A stretch of 64,000 nucleotides of DNA, from contig CAVYZN010000023.1 in the NCBI GenBank assembly GCA_963773065.1, positions 32,001 to 96,000 on the forward strand, written 5' to 3'. Below the pieces are notes generated by a model. The model worked only from the letters and a program-made list of their open reading frames with translations, made no database searches and was not told the DNA's origin. Every line of letters starts with the position of its first letter. Within the stretch, counting starts at the first letter, position 1. The position numbers and the translations under genes are program-made. This document shows positions 35,398-47,648 of the stretch, in pieces. The DNA is from an uncultured Gammaproteobacteria bacterium. Lineage in GTDB: Bacteria > Pseudomonadota > Gammaproteobacteria > UBA9214.

Positions 35398-35435
35398 ATG
35401 GCATTTCTGTCATGCCGGTATGACATTTCTGTCAT
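35398..35435. promoter_or_regulatory. Tandem palindromic upstream activator sites
   Basis: ATGGCA-TTTC-TGTCAT (35398-35413) and ATGACA-TTTC-TGTCAT (35420-35435), 22 bp apart. Confidence 0.6.
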
Positions 35436-35451
35436 GCCGGGTGGCGGCTTG

Positions 35452-37542
35452 CTAGTCCTGGCCGACCGCCTTCATGCTGAGGCGGATGCGGCCCTGCTTG
35501 TCGACCTCCAGCACCTTGACCTTGACCTGGTCGCCCTCGGAGAGCTTGTCGCTGACGTTCTGCACGCGCTCCTCGCAGATCTGCGAGATATGCACCAGCC
35601 CATCCTTGCCCGGCAGGATGGTCACGAAGGCGCCGAAGTCCATCAGCTTGGCCACGCGGCCTTCATAGATCTGGCCGACCTCGACATCCGCCGTAATCAG
35701 CTCGATGCGCCGCTTCGCCTCCTGCCCCGCCTCATAATCGACGGAAGCGATCTTGACGTTGCCGCTGTCATCGATGTCGATGCTCGCGCCGGTCTCCTCG
35801 GTGATGGAGCGGATGGTCGCGCCACCCTTGCCGATGACGTCGCGGATGCGCTCCGGGTTGATCTTCATGGTGATGTAGCGCGGCGCGAATTTCGACATTT
35901 CCTCGCGCGGCGCGGAGATCGCTTCCGCCATCTTGCCGAGGATATGGATGCGCCCCTCATTGGCCTGCGACAGCGCCTGCTGCATGATCTCGCGGGTGAT
36001 GCCCTCGATCTTGATGTCCATCTGCAGCGCGGTCACGCCCGCGGTAGTGCCGGCGACCTTGAAGTCCATGTCGCCCAGGTGGTCCTCGTCGCCCATGATG
36101 TCGGTCAGCACCGCGTGGCGGTCGCCTTCCTTGATGAGACCCATGGCCACACCGGCCACCGGGGCCGTGATCGGCACGCCGGCATCCATCAGCGCCAGGC
36201 TGGTGCCGCAGACGCTCGCCATGGAACTGGAACCGTTGGACTCGGTGATCTCGGAGACGACGCGTATCGTGTAGGGAAAGGATTCGGGGTCCGGCATGAC
36301 CGCGCTGACGCCGCGCTTGGCCAGTTTGCCGTGGCCGATCTCACGGCGCTTGGGACTGCCCACCCGGCCGGTTTCACCGACGCAGTAGGGCGGGAAATTG
36401 TAGTGCAGCATGAAGTACTCGCGCCGCGAGCCCTGCAGGGCGTCGATGATCTGGGCGTCGCGTTCGGTGCCGAGCGTGGTCACCACCAGCGCCTGGGTCT
36501 CGCCCCGCGTGAACAGCGCGGAGCCGTGGGTGCGCGGCAGCAGGCCGGTGCGGATCGTGATCGGCCGCACGGTGCGGGTATCGCGCCCGTCGATGCGCGG
36601 CTCGCCGGCCAGGATGCGGCTGCGCACGGTTTTCTTTTCCAGTCTGGCGATCGCGGCGGCGACCTCCTCGGCGGCGTAGCCGTCCGCGCCCTCGACGGCG
36701 GTGAGCTTGTCGGCGATTTCCTCGCGGATCTTGTCGAGCAGGGCATACCGGTCCTGCTTGTCGGCAACCCGGTAGGCCGCCCGGATGGCATCCAGTCCTT
36801 CCTTTTCGACCGCCGCCTGCAAGGCCCCGTTCTCCTCCGCAGGTGTCCAAACCAGGGCCGGGGCATTGACCGCGGCGGAGAGTTCCCGGATCGCGGCGAT
36901 GGCGGTCTGCATCCGTTCGTGGCCGAAGACGACCGAGCCCAGCATGATGTCTTCGGGCAGTTGCTTTGCCTGGGACTCGACCATCAGCACCGCGCTCTGC
37001 GTGCCGGCGACGACCAGATCCAGTTTCGACTCGGCCAGTTGGCTGGTGGTCGGGTTGAGCACATACTCCCCGTTGATATAGCCGACGCGGGCGGCGCCGA
37101 TCGGGCCGTTGAACGGCAGCCCGGAGATCGACAGGGCGGCCGAGGCGCCGAGCAGTGATGCGATATCGGGATCGACTTCCGGATCCAGCGACATCACCGT
37201 GACGATGACCTGCACCTCGTTGGTGAAGCCCTTGGGGAAGAGCGGGCGCAGCGGCCGGTCGATCAGGCGCGAGACCAGCGTCTCGGTCTCGCTGGGGCGC
37301 CCTTCACGGCGAAAAAAACCGCCGGGGATGGTGCCGGCGGCGTAGGTCTTTTCCTGGTAGTCCACGGTAAGCGGGAAGAAATCCCGGCCTTCCAGGGTCT
37401 TCTTCGCGGCGACCACGGTCGCGAGGATCACCGTATCGCCCATGCTGACCATGACGGCGCCGGTGGCCTGACGGGCGATTTCGCCGGTTTCCAGCGTGAC
37501 GGTCTGGTCACCGTACTGAAAGGATTTCTTGATTACGCTCAC
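35452..37542 (-). CDS. pnp: Polyribonucleotide nucleotidyltransferase
   Basis: [48 protein letters not shown] and S1 domains. Confidence 0.98.
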   Translation of the reverse strand: MSVIKKSFQYGDQTVTLETGEIARQATGAVMVSMGDTVILATVVAAKKTLEGRDFFPLTVDYQEKTYAAGTIPGGFFRREGRPSETETLVSRLIDRPLRPLFPKGFTNEVQVIVTVMSLDPEVDPDIASLLGASAALSISGLPFNGPIGAARVGYINGEYVLNPTTSQLAESKLDLVVAGTQSAVLMVESQAKQLPEDIMLGSVVFGHERMQTAIAAIRELSAAVNAPALVWTPAEENGALQAAVEKEGLDAIRAAYRVADKQDRYALLDKIREEIADKLTAVEGADGYAAEEVAAAIARLEKKTVRSRILAGEPRIDGRDTRTVRPITIRTGLLPRTHGSALFTRGETQALVVTTLGTERDAQIIDALQGSRREYFMLHYNFPPYCVGETGRVGSPKRREIGHGKLAKRGVSAVMPDPESFPYTIRVVSEITESNGSSSMASVCGTSLALMDAGVPITAPVAGVAMGLIKEGDRHAVLTDIMGDEDHLGDMDFKVAGTTAGVTALQMDIKIEGITREIMQQALSQANEGRIHILGKMAEAISAPREEMSKFAPRYITMKINPERIRDVIGKGGATIRSITEETGASIDIDDSGNVKIASVDYEAGQEAKRRIELITADVEVGQIYEGRVAKLMDFGAFVTILPGKDGLVHISQICEERVQNVSDKLSEGDQVKVKVLEVDKQGRIRLSMKAVGQD

Positions 37543-37607
37543 GGATAAATTCCTTAACTATGACGTGGTAACGGGTGGTCGGCGCGTGGCCGGGGTGACA
37601 GCGTGAT

Positions 37608-37877
37608 CTAGCGGCGCAGACCCAGACGCCCGATCAGGTCCTGGTAACGCGTGCCGTCCTTGCCCTTCAGGTAATCAAGCAGCTTGCGGCGCTTGTTGAC
37701 CATGCGCAGCAGCCCCTGGCGGGAATGGTGATCGCTTTTATGCAGGGTGAAATGCTCCGTCAATTGCTGGATATTGGCGGACAGCAAGGCGACCTGGACT
37801 TCCGGCGAACCGGTATCGGCGGCACCGCGCTGGTAATCCTTGACGATCTGTCCTTTTTGTTCGGCATTCAAAGCCAT
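37608..37877 (-). CDS. rpsO: 30S ribosomal protein S15
   Basis: [29 protein letters not shown]. Confidence 0.98.
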   Translation of the reverse strand: MALNAEQKGQIVKDYQRGAADTGSPEVQVALLSANIQQLTEHFTLHKSDHHSRQGLLRMVNKRRKLLDYLKGKDGTRYQDLIGRLGLRR

Positions 37878-37965
37878 GTAACAACCCCCGAAGAGACACT
37901 TGAGTCGAGTGAGCCCGGTATTTTATCCGGGGTTAGGGTAAGCCACAACTCCTTTGAAGGAAATA

Positions 37966-38892
37966 TCAGGCGATATTGAGCAAACGCCGCGGCGCGACCC
38001 GCCCGTCGTCGAGAATCTCGCCAACGCCGAGAAAACGCCGCTGCCCTTCATAGAGGCGCACCAGCCCGGCAGTCGGCGCATGCGGCACCAGAACCGGCTG
38101 ACCCTGGCGCAGGTAGAAGGCGGCATCGCCGGTGAGACGCACGTCCGGCCACTGGCTGAGGCCGCTTTCCATCGGCAGCAGCAGGTCATCGAGCGCCTTT
38201 TCACCCCCCGCGGCCAGCCGTTCCTCGAGGGTATCGAGGGTCACCATGCCGGCGGCGCCATAGGGCCCGACGCCGAAACGCCGCAGGTCCGCGACATGCG
38301 CGCCGCAACCCAGCACCTCGCCGATATCATCAACCAGGGTGCGGATATAGGTCCCCTTGGAGCAGTGCACATCGATCTCAACCAGCGGCAGCCGGAAGTT
38401 CAGCAGATCCATCGCATGGATCGTGATCCGCCGCGGCGCGCGTTCGACTTCGACTCCCTGGCGCGCCAGGGCATACAGGCGCTGCCCCTGGTGCTTGACG
38501 GCCGAATACATCGGGGGAATCTGGTCGATATCCCCGCTATAGTCCTGCATGACCTCGCGCAGCCGCTTTTCGGTGACCGCGTCCACCGGGCGCGTCTTCA
38601 GCACCTCCCCTTCGGCATCGCCGGTGGCGGTGCGCACCCCCAGCCGGCACGACACCCAGTAGTGCTTGTCGGCGTCGAGCAGGAACCCGGAGACCTTGGT
38701 CGCCTCGCCCAGGCAGACCGGCAGCAGGCCGCTCGCCAGCGGATCCAGACTGCCGGTATGACCGGCCTTGCGGGCGCGATAAAGCCGCTTGACCTTCTGC
38801 AGGGCGGCATTGGAGGTCAATCCGGCCGGCTTGTCCAGCAGCAGGATGCCATCCACACGCCGTTCATCGCCGTGACGTCGACCCATGATCAA
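37966..38892 (-). CDS. truB: tRNA pseudouridine(55) synthase
   Basis: KAGHTGSLDPLASG, QIPPMYSAVK, CSKGTYIRTL. Confidence 0.97.
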   Translation of the reverse strand: MIMGRRHGDERRVDGILLLDKPAGLTSNAALQKVKRLYRARKAGHTGSLDPLASGLLPVCLGEATKVSGFLLDADKHYWVSCRLGVRTATGDAEGEVLKTRPVDAVTEKRLREVMQDYSGDIDQIPPMYSAVKHQGQRLYALARQGVEVERAPRRITIHAMDLLNFRLPLVEIDVHCSKGTYIRTLVDDIGEVLGCGAHVADLRRFGVGPYGAAGMVTLDTLEERLAAGGEKALDDLLLPMESGLSQWPDVRLTGDAAFYLRQGQPVLVPHAPTAGLVRLYEGQRRFLGVGEILDDGRVAPRRLLNIA

Positions 38893-38912
38893 TCACCTTG
38901 CGCCGCGCGCGG

Positions 38913-39287
38913 TTACGCTTCGTCTTCCGGCGGGTGCCTGCCGGCGACGGCCGCCGCAATCAGCGCGTCCATCCGCGCCCCTTCGGCCAGCGATGCGTCA
39001 TAGAAGAACCGCAATTGCGGAATCACCCGGATACGCATCCGCTGGCCAAGCTGGTGGCGCAGGAAACCGGCGGCCTTGTTCAATACCTTGAGAGTTTCGT
39101 CGACGGTCTCATCCCCGCCCAGCACGGAGACATAGACCCGGGCGTGCGCCAGATCGCGCGACACCTCGACACCGGAAATGCTGATCATGCCCAGCCGGGG
39201 GTCCTTGATCTCCTCGTGCAGGAGACCGGCCAGCTCGCGCAGGATCTGTTCACCGACGCGGCGCGTTCGTGGAAATTCCCTGGGCAT
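38913..39287 (-). CDS. rbfA: Ribosome-binding factor A
   Basis: MPREFPRTRRVGEQI, KDPRLG, VSRDLAHARVYV, PQLRFFYD. Confidence 0.96.
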   Translation of the reverse strand: MPREFPRTRRVGEQILRELAGLLHEEIKDPRLGMISISGVEVSRDLAHARVYVSVLGGDETVDETLKVLNKAAGFLRHQLGQRMRIRVIPQLRFFYDASLAEGARMDALIAAAVAGRHPPEDEA

Positions 39288-39338
39288 GGCTAGTGACTGT
39301 CGACTCCCGTTGAACATGCTAAGGATTACGTTGACCAT

Positions 39339-39486
39339 GCCTCATGCCGGGCAAGTCATCTCGTGACACTCGCTGCAGAGATCACAGATCGCAATGTATC
39401 GCGTGCAGTACAGGATGCTCTGCGACTTGCGCCTCGCGGTACGGCACGGATATACGTGTCACGACAGGACTTACCCGGCATGAGGC
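39339..39486. repeat. MITE-like intergenic element (copy 2, shorter, different interior)
   Basis: GCCTCATGCCGGGCAAGTC ... GTGTCACGACAGGACTTACCCGGCATGAGGC; shares termini with 1540-1746. Confidence 0.75.
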
Positions 39487-39496
39487 CTCCGCTGCC

Positions 39497-42076
39497 CTAG
39501 AGCTGGCGCGCGATCTCGATCCGCTCGAACACCTCGATCTGGTCGCCGACCTTCACGCTGTAGTTCTTGACGCCGATCCCGCATTCGGTGCCCGCCCTGA
39601 CCTCGTTGACGTCGTCCTTGAAACGGCGCAGCGATTCCAGCTCGCCTTCGAAGACCACGACATTGTCCCGCAGGACCCGGATCGGCGCCCGGCGGCGCAC
39701 CACGCCATCGACGACGATACAGCCGGCGATGTCGCCGAGCTTGTGGGAACGGAACACCTCCTTGACCTCGGCCAGCCCGATGATCTCCTCCTTGACTTCG
39801 GGGGCCAGCAGCCCGCTGACCGCGTTCTTGACGGCATCGATGGCGTCGTAGATGACGCTGTAGTACTTCAGGTCGACGTTGTTTTCCTCGACCAGGCGTT
39901 TAGCCGAGGCATCGGCGCGCACGTTGAAGCCGATGATGATGGCATTGGAGGCGACCGCCAGGTTGACGTCGGATTCGTTGATGCCGCCAACGCCGCTGGA
40001 GACGACCTTGACGTTCACTTCCCGCTCCTCGGAGGCAATATTGGAGAGCGCCTCGCTCAACGCCTCGGCGCTGCCCTGCACATCGGCCTTGAGCACGATA
40101 TTGACCGCCGCCGCCCGGCCTTCCCCGACCTGTGAAAACACATCTTCGAGACGCGTCTGCTGCTGCTTGGCAAGCCGCTGGTCGCGTGATTTTTCCTGGC
40201 GCTGTGAGGCGAGTTCGCGCGCCTTGCGCTCATCCGCGACGACCATCACCTCGTCGCCGGCATTGGGCACCGCCGAGAGGCCCAGCACCAGCGCGGGTAT
40301 GGACGGGCCGGCCTCGTCGATCTGCTTGCCGCTTTCATCGAACATGGCGCGCACCCGGCCCCACTCCGCTCCGGTGAGGATCAGGTCGCCGCGACGCAGC
40401 ACGCCGTTCTGCACCAGGATGGTGGCCACGGCGCCGCGGCCCTTGTCCAGGCTCGACTCGACGACGATGCCGGTCGCCGGGCAATCCCGGACCGCGGTGA
40501 GCTCGAGCATTTCCGACTGCAGCAAGACCGCATCCAGCAGGTCATCGATCCCCTCTCCGGTCTTGGCGGAAACCGCCACGAACATGGTGTCGCCGCCCCA
40601 GTCTTCCGGAATCACCTGCACGGCCGTCAGTTCATTCCTGACCCGCTCCGGGTCCGCTTGCGGCTTGTCGATCTTGTTGATCGCCACCACCAGCGGCACG
40701 CCGGCCGCCCGGGCGTGTTGTATCGCTTCCTGCGTCTGCGGCATGACACCGTCATCCGCCGCGACCACCAGAATCACGATGTCCGTCACCCGCGCTCCGC
40801 GCGCGCGCATGGCGGTGAAGGCGGCGTGGCCCGGGGTATCGAGGAAACTGATCATTCCCTTCCGCGTTTCCACATGGTAGGCGCCGATATGCTGGGTGAT
40901 GCCGCCGGCCTCGCCCTCGGCCACCCGGGTGCGGCGGATGTAATCGAGCAGCGAGGTTTTGCCATGGTCGACATGCCCCATGATGGTGACCACGGGGGGA
41001 CGCGGCAGCCGCTCGCCGGAAACATCCTGGATGCGCTGCTTGAGTTCGTCTTCCAGGGCGTTCTCCTGCACGGGCCTGGCGATGTGGCCCATCTCCTCGA
41101 CCACCAGCGTGGCGGTATCCTGATCGATCATCTGATTGATGGTCGCCATCACACCCATCCTCATCAGGGTCTTGATGACCTCGGCGGACTTGACGGACAT
41201 CTTCTGCGCCAGATCGGAAACCGCGATATTCGCCGGCAGGCCGACCTCGTGGATGAGCGGCGCCGTTGGCCGCTCGAAGCCGTGCTCCTGGGTGGGGGTG
41301 ATAGTGACCCGCCGCGTGCTTTTCGACTTTTTCTGGCGGCGCCCGCTCTTGTCGGCGGCGACGTGCAACTGCTGGCGGCCATAGCGCGTGAGTTTCTCGT
41401 CATCTTCCTCGATCTTGACCTTGCGCTCCTTGTCCACGGGCTTTTTCAGGCGGACCTCTTCCCGTTCCCGGGCGGGCGCCGGCGCCCGGGGCCCCGCCTT
41501 TGCATGCGTCGGCCTTGCGGGTCTCATCCACGGTCTTGCGTTTCTCTTCCGCCTCGGCCTTGAGCCGGGACTCCTCCGCGGCGCGCCTTGTTCCTCTTCC
41601 CGCCGGAGGGCCTCTTCCCGCTCCTTGCGCGCCGCCTCGGCCCGCGCCTGCTCTTCCGCCTCCAGGCGCGCCTGTTCGGCGGCTTCCTGTTCCTGGCGTT
41701 CCTGCTCCTCGGCCACCAGGTCCGCGCGTTTCACATAGGTGCGCTTCTTGCGCACCTCGACGATCACGGTCTTTTTCTCGGGCTTGGCCCCGCGCATGGC
41801 GCCACGCCCGCCCGGCGGGCGTGGCGCGGGAACGCTGGTCTGCAGTTCCGTGTGGGATTTGCGTTTCAGGGTGATCTTTTTCGGGGCCATGGCGGTTATC
41901 GGGCCGCGCTTGCCATGGCTCTCCCGCAGAAAATCCAGCAGTTGGGTCTTCTGGGTTTCCGTGATGGTGGCATTCTCATCACGGATTTCCAGACCCGCTT
42001 CACCCAGTTGCGCCAGCAGCCTGTCGGTGGGAACACCGACGACTTCAGCGAATTGCTTTACCGTGACTTCTGACAT
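39497..42076 (-). CDS. infB: Translation initiation factor IF-2
   Basis: [33 protein letters not shown]. Confidence 0.98.
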   Translation of the reverse strand: MSEVTVKQFAEVVGVPTDRLLAQLGEAGLEIRDENATITETQKTQLLDFLRESHGKRGPITAMAPKKITLKRKSHTELQTSVPAPRPPGGRGAMRGAKPEKKTVIVEVRKKRTYVKRADLVAEEQERQEQEAAEQARLEAEEQARAEAARKEREEALRREEEQGAPRRSPGSRPRRKRNARPWMRPARPTHAKAGPRAPAPAREREEVRLKKPVDKERKVKIEEDDEKLTRYGRQQLHVAADKSGRRQKKSKSTRRVTITPTQEHGFERPTAPLIHEVGLPANIAVSDLAQKMSVKSAEVIKTLMRMGVMATINQMIDQDTATLVVEEMGHIARPVQENALEDELKQRIQDVSGERLPRPPVVTIMGHVDHGKTSLLDYIRRTRVAEGEAGGITQHIGAYHVETRKGMISFLDTPGHAAFTAMRARGARVTDIVILVVAADDGVMPQTQEAIQHARAAGVPLVVAINKIDKPQADPERVRNELTAVQVIPEDWGGDTMFVAVSAKTGEGIDDLLDAVLLQSEMLELTAVRDCPATGIVVESSLDKGRGAVATILVQNGVLRRGDLILTGAEWGRVRAMFDESGKQIDEAGPSIPALVLGLSAVPNAGDEVMVVADERKARELASQRQEKSRDQRLAKQQQTRLEDVFSQVGEGRAAAVNIVLKADVQGSAEALSEALSNIASEEREVNVKVVSSGVGGINESDVNLAVASNAIIIGFNVRADASAKRLVEENNVDLKYYSVIYDAIDAVKNAVSGLLAPEVKEEIIGLAEVKEVFRSHKLGDIAGCIVVDGVVRRRAPIRVLRDNVVVFEGELESLRRFKDDVNEVRAGTECGIGVKNYSVKVGDQIEVFERIEIARQL

Positions 42077-42099
42077 GCCTGTCGCTCCTACGCTAACGG

Positions 42100-43638
42100 T
42101 CAGTCCTGCGCCTGTTGTGCGAACCAGGGGGCGCGTGCCGTCATGATCAGGGCGCCGGCCCGGGCCTCGTCCATGCCGTTGATATCCATCAGGTCATCGA
42201 TGGCCTGTTCGGCGAGATCCTCCATGGTGGTGATGCCCCGGCTGGCGAGCTCGAAAGCCAGTTCCCGGTCCATGCCTTCCATTTCCAGCAGGTCCCGGGC
42301 CGGTTCCGCGTCACCGATCTTCTCTTCCTTGATGATGGCTTGGGTGAGCAGCACATCACGCGCGCGCCCCCGCAATTCATCGACGATCCCTTCCTCGAAT
42401 TCCTCGATCTGCAACAACTCGCTCCTGGGTACGTAGACGATTTCCTCGATGGTGGAAAAGCCTTCCTGCACCAGGATGGCGGCAATCTCCTCGTCCACGT
42501 CGAGCTGTTCCTTGAACAGCCGCTGCAGCTCCTGGGCCTCTGCCTCGCTCTTTTCCTCGGCCTGGGACTCGTCCATGATGTTGAGTTCCCAGCCGGTCAA
42601 CTGGCTGGCGAGGCGCACGTTCTGTCCGGCGCGGCCGATCGCCTGCGAGAGCTGCTCCTCGGCGACCGCGATATCCATGGTATGGGTCTCTTCATCGACC
42701 ACGATCGAGGTGACCTCGGCCGGCGACATGGCATTGATAACGAACTGCGCGGGATTCGCATCCCAGAGGATGATGTCGACGCGTTCGCCGGAGAGTTCCG
42801 TGGAAACCGTCTGGACGCGGGAACCGCGCATGCCCACGCAGGCGCCGACCGGATCGATGCGCGGATCATTGGTCTTGACGGCGATCTTCGCGCGCAGGCC
42901 CGGGTCGCGCGCGGATGAAATGATCTCGATCAGGCCCTGCCCCACCTCGGGAACCTCCAGCTTAAACAGCTCGATCAGAAATTCCGGGGCGACGCGCGTG
43001 ACCAGCAACTGCGGCCCGCGTTGCTCGGCGCTGACTTCCTTCAGATACCCGCGCAGGCGATCGCCGGGACGCACCGCCTCCCGGGGAATCATATGCTCGC
43101 GCGGAATGATCGCCTCGGCGTTGCTGCCAAGGTCGAGGTAGACATTGCCGCGCTCGACCCGCTTGACCACGCCGGTCACCAGGTCGCCGACACGGTCCTT
43201 GTAGGCTTCAACGACCTGCGCCCGCTCGGCCTCGCGCACTTTCTGCACGATGACCTGTTTGGCGGTCTGGGCGCCGATACGGCCAAAATCGACCGACTCC
43301 ATCGGCTCTTCGATGAAGTCTCCGTGTTTCAAGTTCGGATCCCGCTGCCGCGCCTCGGCCAGCGTGATCTGACGCTCCGGATTTTCATACACCAGCGCAT
43401 CCTCGACGTCCGCCGCCGTCGCCTCCGCAGTGAGCGTCTCGTCGATCACCTGCCAGCGGCGGAAGGTCTTATAGGCGCCGGTCTTGCGGTCGATGGCGAC
43501 ACGCGCATCGATATCACCGCCATGGCGTTTGCGGGTGGCGGTCGCGAGCGCGGCCTCGATTGCCTGGAAAATGATCTCCTTGTCGATACCCTTTTCATTG
43601 GATACCGCATCGACGACTAGCAAGATCTCTTTGTCCAT
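42100..43638 (-). CDS. nusA: Transcription termination factor NusA
   Basis: [40 protein letters not shown]; two C-terminal acidic repeats. Confidence 0.98.
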   Translation of the reverse strand: MDKEILLVVDAVSNEKGIDKEIIFQAIEAALATATRKRHGGDIDARVAIDRKTGAYKTFRRWQVIDETLTAEATAADVEDALVYENPERQITLAEARQRDPNLKHGDFIEEPMESVDFGRIGAQTAKQVIVQKVREAERAQVVEAYKDRVGDLVTGVVKRVERGNVYLDLGSNAEAIIPREHMIPREAVRPGDRLRGYLKEVSAEQRGPQLLVTRVAPEFLIELFKLEVPEVGQGLIEIISSARDPGLRAKIAVKTNDPRIDPVGACVGMRGSRVQTVSTELSGERVDIILWDANPAQFVINAMSPAEVTSIVVDEETHTMDIAVAEEQLSQAIGRAGQNVRLASQLTGWELNIMDESQAEEKSEAEAQELQRLFKEQLDVDEEIAAILVQEGFSTIEEIVYVPRSELLQIEEFEEGIVDELRGRARDVLLTQAIIKEEKIGDAEPARDLLEMEGMDRELAFELASRGITTMEDLAEQAIDDLMDINGMDEARAGALIMTARAPWFAQQAQD

Positions 43639-43659
43639 TCCAAAACCTCCAATATTGGC

Positions 43660-44117
43660 TCAGTATTCCGGAACCAAACGCGCCTGTTCGATCTGGTCCA
43701 GCGCCAGGATGACTTCCTCGCCGTCCTGATCCACCACGACATTCCCGCCTTCGACCCGCAGCAGGCGGCCCTGGTACTTGCGCCGCCCTTCCAGCGGGCA
43801 GGCCAGGCGCAGTTTCACCAGGCTCCCGGCAAAGCGTTCATAGTCGCTCCCGCTTGAACAACAGCCGGTCAAGCCCGGGCGAGGACACCTCCAGGGTGTA
43901 ATGCCCGGCTATCGGGTCCTTCACGTCCAGCAGTCCGCTGACCTGGTAACTCACCCGCTCGCAATCGTCCGCGGTGATGCCCTGCTCGCCGTCGATATAG
44001 ACGCGCAGCAGGGCGCCGCCGGGCCGCCGCCGCGATACTCGACGCCGGCGAGTCATACCCCAGCGCCACGATGGCCGGTTCCAGCCAATCGCCAATCTGT
44101 AACGGGTCCTGCCTCAT
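43660..44117 (-). CDS. rimP: Ribosome maturation factor RimP (frameshifted)
   Basis: [33 protein letters not shown]. Confidence 0.93.
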
Positions 44118-44131
44118 CCTGCGCCTTGCGG

Positions 44132-44158
44132 AAACAAAAAATGGGCCTTAGGCCCACT
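44132..44158 (-). promoter_or_regulatory. rimP leader hairpin / attenuator
   Basis: TGGGCC-TAA-GGCCCA followed by TTTTTTGTTT just upstream of rimP. Confidence 0.6.
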
Positions 44159-44254
44159 CCATGAACTCCGAATTTATCGTTCCGGGAGTATAGCAAAATA
44201 GCCAACCCCGCCCAAGCGGCACCGCCGTGGGGATTATATCCTGATCCGGACTAT

Positions 44255-44275
44255 AAAAAACCCCGATCGAGGGGC
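44255..44275 (-). terminator. Terminator-like hairpin after tRNA-fMet
   Basis: CCCC-TCGATC-GGGG followed by TTTTTT; short stem. Confidence 0.4.
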
Positions 44276-44288
44276 GTTGATTATAGGT

Positions 44289-44365
44289 TGGTAGCGGGGG
44301 CAGGATTTGAACCTGCGACCTTCGGGTTATGAGCCCGACGAGCTGCCAGACTGCTCCACCCCGCA
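44289..44365 (-). tRNA. metY: Initiator tRNA-fMet (CAT), metY position
   Basis: TGCGGGGTGGAGCAGTCTGGCAGCTCGTCGGGCTCATAACCCGAAGGTCGCAGGTTCAAATCCTGCCCCCGCTACCA; three G-C pairs in the anticodon stem, 1:72 mismatch, encoded CCA. Confidence 0.97.
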
Positions 44366-44378
44366 GCAACGGCCCGGA

Positions 44379-44407
44379 AGTGTAGCGGCTACCCCACACT
44401 AATTCAA
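44379..44407 (-). promoter_or_regulatory. sigma-70 promoter of the tRNA-fMet-rimP-nusA-infB operon
   Basis: TTGAAT-17 nt-TACACT followed by a GC-rich discriminator. Confidence 0.6.
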
Positions 44408-44630
44408 GTCTAACCGGATTTTCACCTCCAGAAACGTCGAGTGCGGGCTACTGATCGAACGACCGTCTTCCTCACGCTCGATTTCCAGTGTGAACATCAT
44501 AATGGCTACCTCGGTTGTTTCCCCGCAATAATAGTATGTAGCCCGGGTTGAGCAATAGCGACAATGTCGCCGGGAGCAATGTTGGACAGCCGCAGGCTGC
44601 GCCCGTAGGGCGGAGTCCGGTAGGGAGGCG

Positions 44631-46070
44631 TCAGCCCAGCACCGCCGTGCACACCGACAGCAGCGCGCCGGGGAAGAGGCCGAGGGCGAGCACCGCGAGG
44701 CCGTTCACGCTCATCGCGATCCGCAGGTCGGCGCTGACCGCGAGCGGCGCCTGGGCCTCGGCCGCGTCGAAGTACATCAGCTTGACCACGCCGCAGGTAG
44801 TAGTAGGCGCCGATGATGGAGAAGAACACGCCGGCGAGCGCGAGCCACAGCAGGTCGACATGGATCACCGCCTGCAGCACCCACAGCTTGGCGTAGAAAC
44901 CGACCGTGGGCGGCACGCCGGCCAGGGAGAACATCAGGATCAGCATCATGAAGGCGAACCAGGGGCTGCGGTCGTTCAGGCCCTTGAAGTCATCCAGCCG
45001 GTCGGCCTCGAAGCCGGCGCGGCTCAGCAGGATGATCATGCCGAAGCCGCCGATCGCCGTGAGCGCATAGGTGATGGCGTAGAACAGGGCGGCCGAATAG
45101 CCCTCGGGGGTGCCGGCCAGAAGGCCCAGCAGCAGGAAGCCGACGTGCGATATGGTCGAATAGGCCAGCATGCGCTTGATGTTGGTCTGGGCGATGGCGA
45201 TCACGTTGCCGATCGCGAGCGAGAGCACGGCGAGGATGATCAGCATCTCCTGCCAGCTCGCGCTGAGGCCGCCGAGGGCCTCCGCCAGCACCCGCATGGC
45301 CATGGCGAAAGCGGCGATCTTGGGGGCGCTGCCGATGAACAGCGTCACGGGCGTGGGGGCGCCGTGATAGACGTCCGGGATCCACATGTGGAACGGCACG
45401 GCGCCGAACTTGAAGGCCAGTCCGACGACGATGAAGCACAGGGCGAACACCAGGATGATGTCCTTCTCGCCCGGGGACGCGATCGCCGCGGCCACCCGTT
45501 CGATATCCAGGCTGCCGGTGGCGCCGTAGAGCATGGAAATCCCGTAGAGCAGCATGCCCGAGGCGAGCGCGCCCAGCACGAAGTACTTCATCGCCGCCTC
45601 CGAGGCGGGCGCGGAATCCCGGTTGAAGGCGACCAGCGCGTACAGGGACAGCGACAGCAGCTCCAGCCCGAGGTAGACGGTCAGCAGGTTGTGGGCCGAG
45701 ACCAGCACCAGCATGCCGAGCACCGCGAACAGGCCGAGCACGTAGAATTCCCCGCGGAAGATGCCGCGCGCCACGCAGATAGCTGCGCGAATACAGGAAC
45801 ACCCCGAAGGTGATCAGGAGGATGCTGGTCTTCGAGAGCGCGGCCAGCGGATCGTGCACGAAGGTCCCATTCAGCAGCACCGCCGCCGGATGCTCCAGCA
45901 GGCTCCAGCTGAGCAGCGCCGCGAGCGAGCAGCGTGGCCTGGGACAGCACATAAGCGACCACGCGGCGCCCATCGCCGAGAAACACATCGATGACCAGGA
46001 TGGCGCAGGCCATGACCAGCAGGAAGATTTCCGTGGCGAGGGGCGCAAATTCGGCTAAGGCGATAGTCAT
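44631..46070 (-). CDS. nuoN: NADH-quinone oxidoreductase subunit N (frameshifted)
   Basis: [42 protein letters not shown]. Confidence 0.94.
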
Positions 46071-46082
46071 GGGACTGCCCTT

Positions 46083-47648
46083 CTAGTGCGGCGCATTGAT
46101 GAGCGCCAGGCCGGTTTCCGGCAGCTTGGAAGCGGACACCTGGACGATCAGGTTGTCGACGCTGGCATGCATCACCTCGACCAGCGGCGCGGGCCAGATG
46201 CCGAACAGCAGCACCGCGCCCGCGAGGCTCGCCAGGATCACGAATTCGCGCGGGTTGACGTCCTCCAGAGCGCGCACGCCCTCGTTTGCGACCGCGCCGA
46301 AGATGACGCGCTTGACCAGCCACAGGCTGTAGGCGGCGCCCAGGACCAGCGTGGTCGCGGCCAGGAAGGCGAACCAGAAGTTCGCCTTGAAGCCGGCCAG
46401 GATCACCATGAACTCGCCGACGAAGCCGGAGGTGCCCGGCAGGCCCGAGTTGGCCATGGAGAACAGCATCATGAAGGCGGCGAATACCGGCATGGTGTTG
46501 ACGACGCCGCCGTAGTCGCCGATCTGGCGGCTGTGCAGGCGGTCATAGAGCACGCCGACGCACAGGAACAGCGCGCCGGAGATGAACCCGTGCGAGATCA
46601 TCTGCACCATGCCGCCCTCCATGCCGAGCGCGGCCCCCTGCGGGATCGACGCCCGGCGCCGCGGCGGTGTTGTCGAGCAGCGTGAACACGAGAAAGATGC
46701 CCAGCGTGACGAAGCCCATGTGCGCGATGGACGAATAGGCGATCAGCTTCTTCATGTCCTCCTGCACCAGCGCGACGAAACCGATGTAGACCACCGCGAC
46801 CAGCGACATGAGGATGATCAGCCAGTCCAGCGCGTGGCTCGCATCCGGGGTGATCGGCAGGCTGAAGCGCAGGAAGCCGTAACCGCCGATCTTCAGCATG
46901 ATGGCCGCCAGGATCACGGAGCCGCCGGTCGGCGCCTCCACGTGCGCGTCCGGCAGCCAGGTGTGCACCGGCCACATCGGCACCTTGACGGCGAAGGCCA
47001 GCAGGAAGGCGATGAAGATCAGCACCTGCTCCGTCATGTCGAGCGGCAGGCGCTGGAAATCGAGGATGCCGAAGCTGCCGGACTGCAGGTACATGTAGAT
47101 CAGCGCCACCAGCATGAACACCGAGCCGAAGAAGGTGTAGAGGAAGAACTTGATGGTGGCATAGACCCGCCGCGGGCCGCCCCAGACGCCGATGATGAGG
47201 AACATCGGCACCAGCATGGCCTCCCAGAAGACATAGAACAGCACCGCATCGAGCGCCGCGAACACGCCGTTCATCAGCCCCTCCATGATCAGGAAGGCCG
47301 CCATGTACTGCGCGGTCTTCTCCCGGATCACCTCCCAGCCGGCGAGCACCACCAGCAGCGTGGTGAAGGTGGTCAGGATGATCAGCGGCATGGAGATGCC
47401 GTCCACGCCGAGGTGGTAGTTGGCGTTGAAGGTCTCGATCCACGGGCGCCAGCTCCTGGAACTGCATGGTCGCCGTGGCCGTATCGAAATGCGTGTACAG
47501 CAGCATGCTCAGCAGGAAGGTCGCGCCGGCGACCAGCAGGGCGGCCGGGCGGCAGTCCGGGAAACCCAGCGCCTGCATCGCCAGCAGTAGGCACGCCGCC
47601 GGCCACCGGCAGCCAGATCAGCACGCTCAGCAAGGGAAAATCGATCAT
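46083..47648 (-). CDS. nuoM: NADH-quinone oxidoreductase subunit M (frameshifted)
   Basis: FYVFWEAMLVPM, KVPMWPVHTWLPDAHVEAPT, GLPGTSGFVGEF. Confidence 0.95.
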
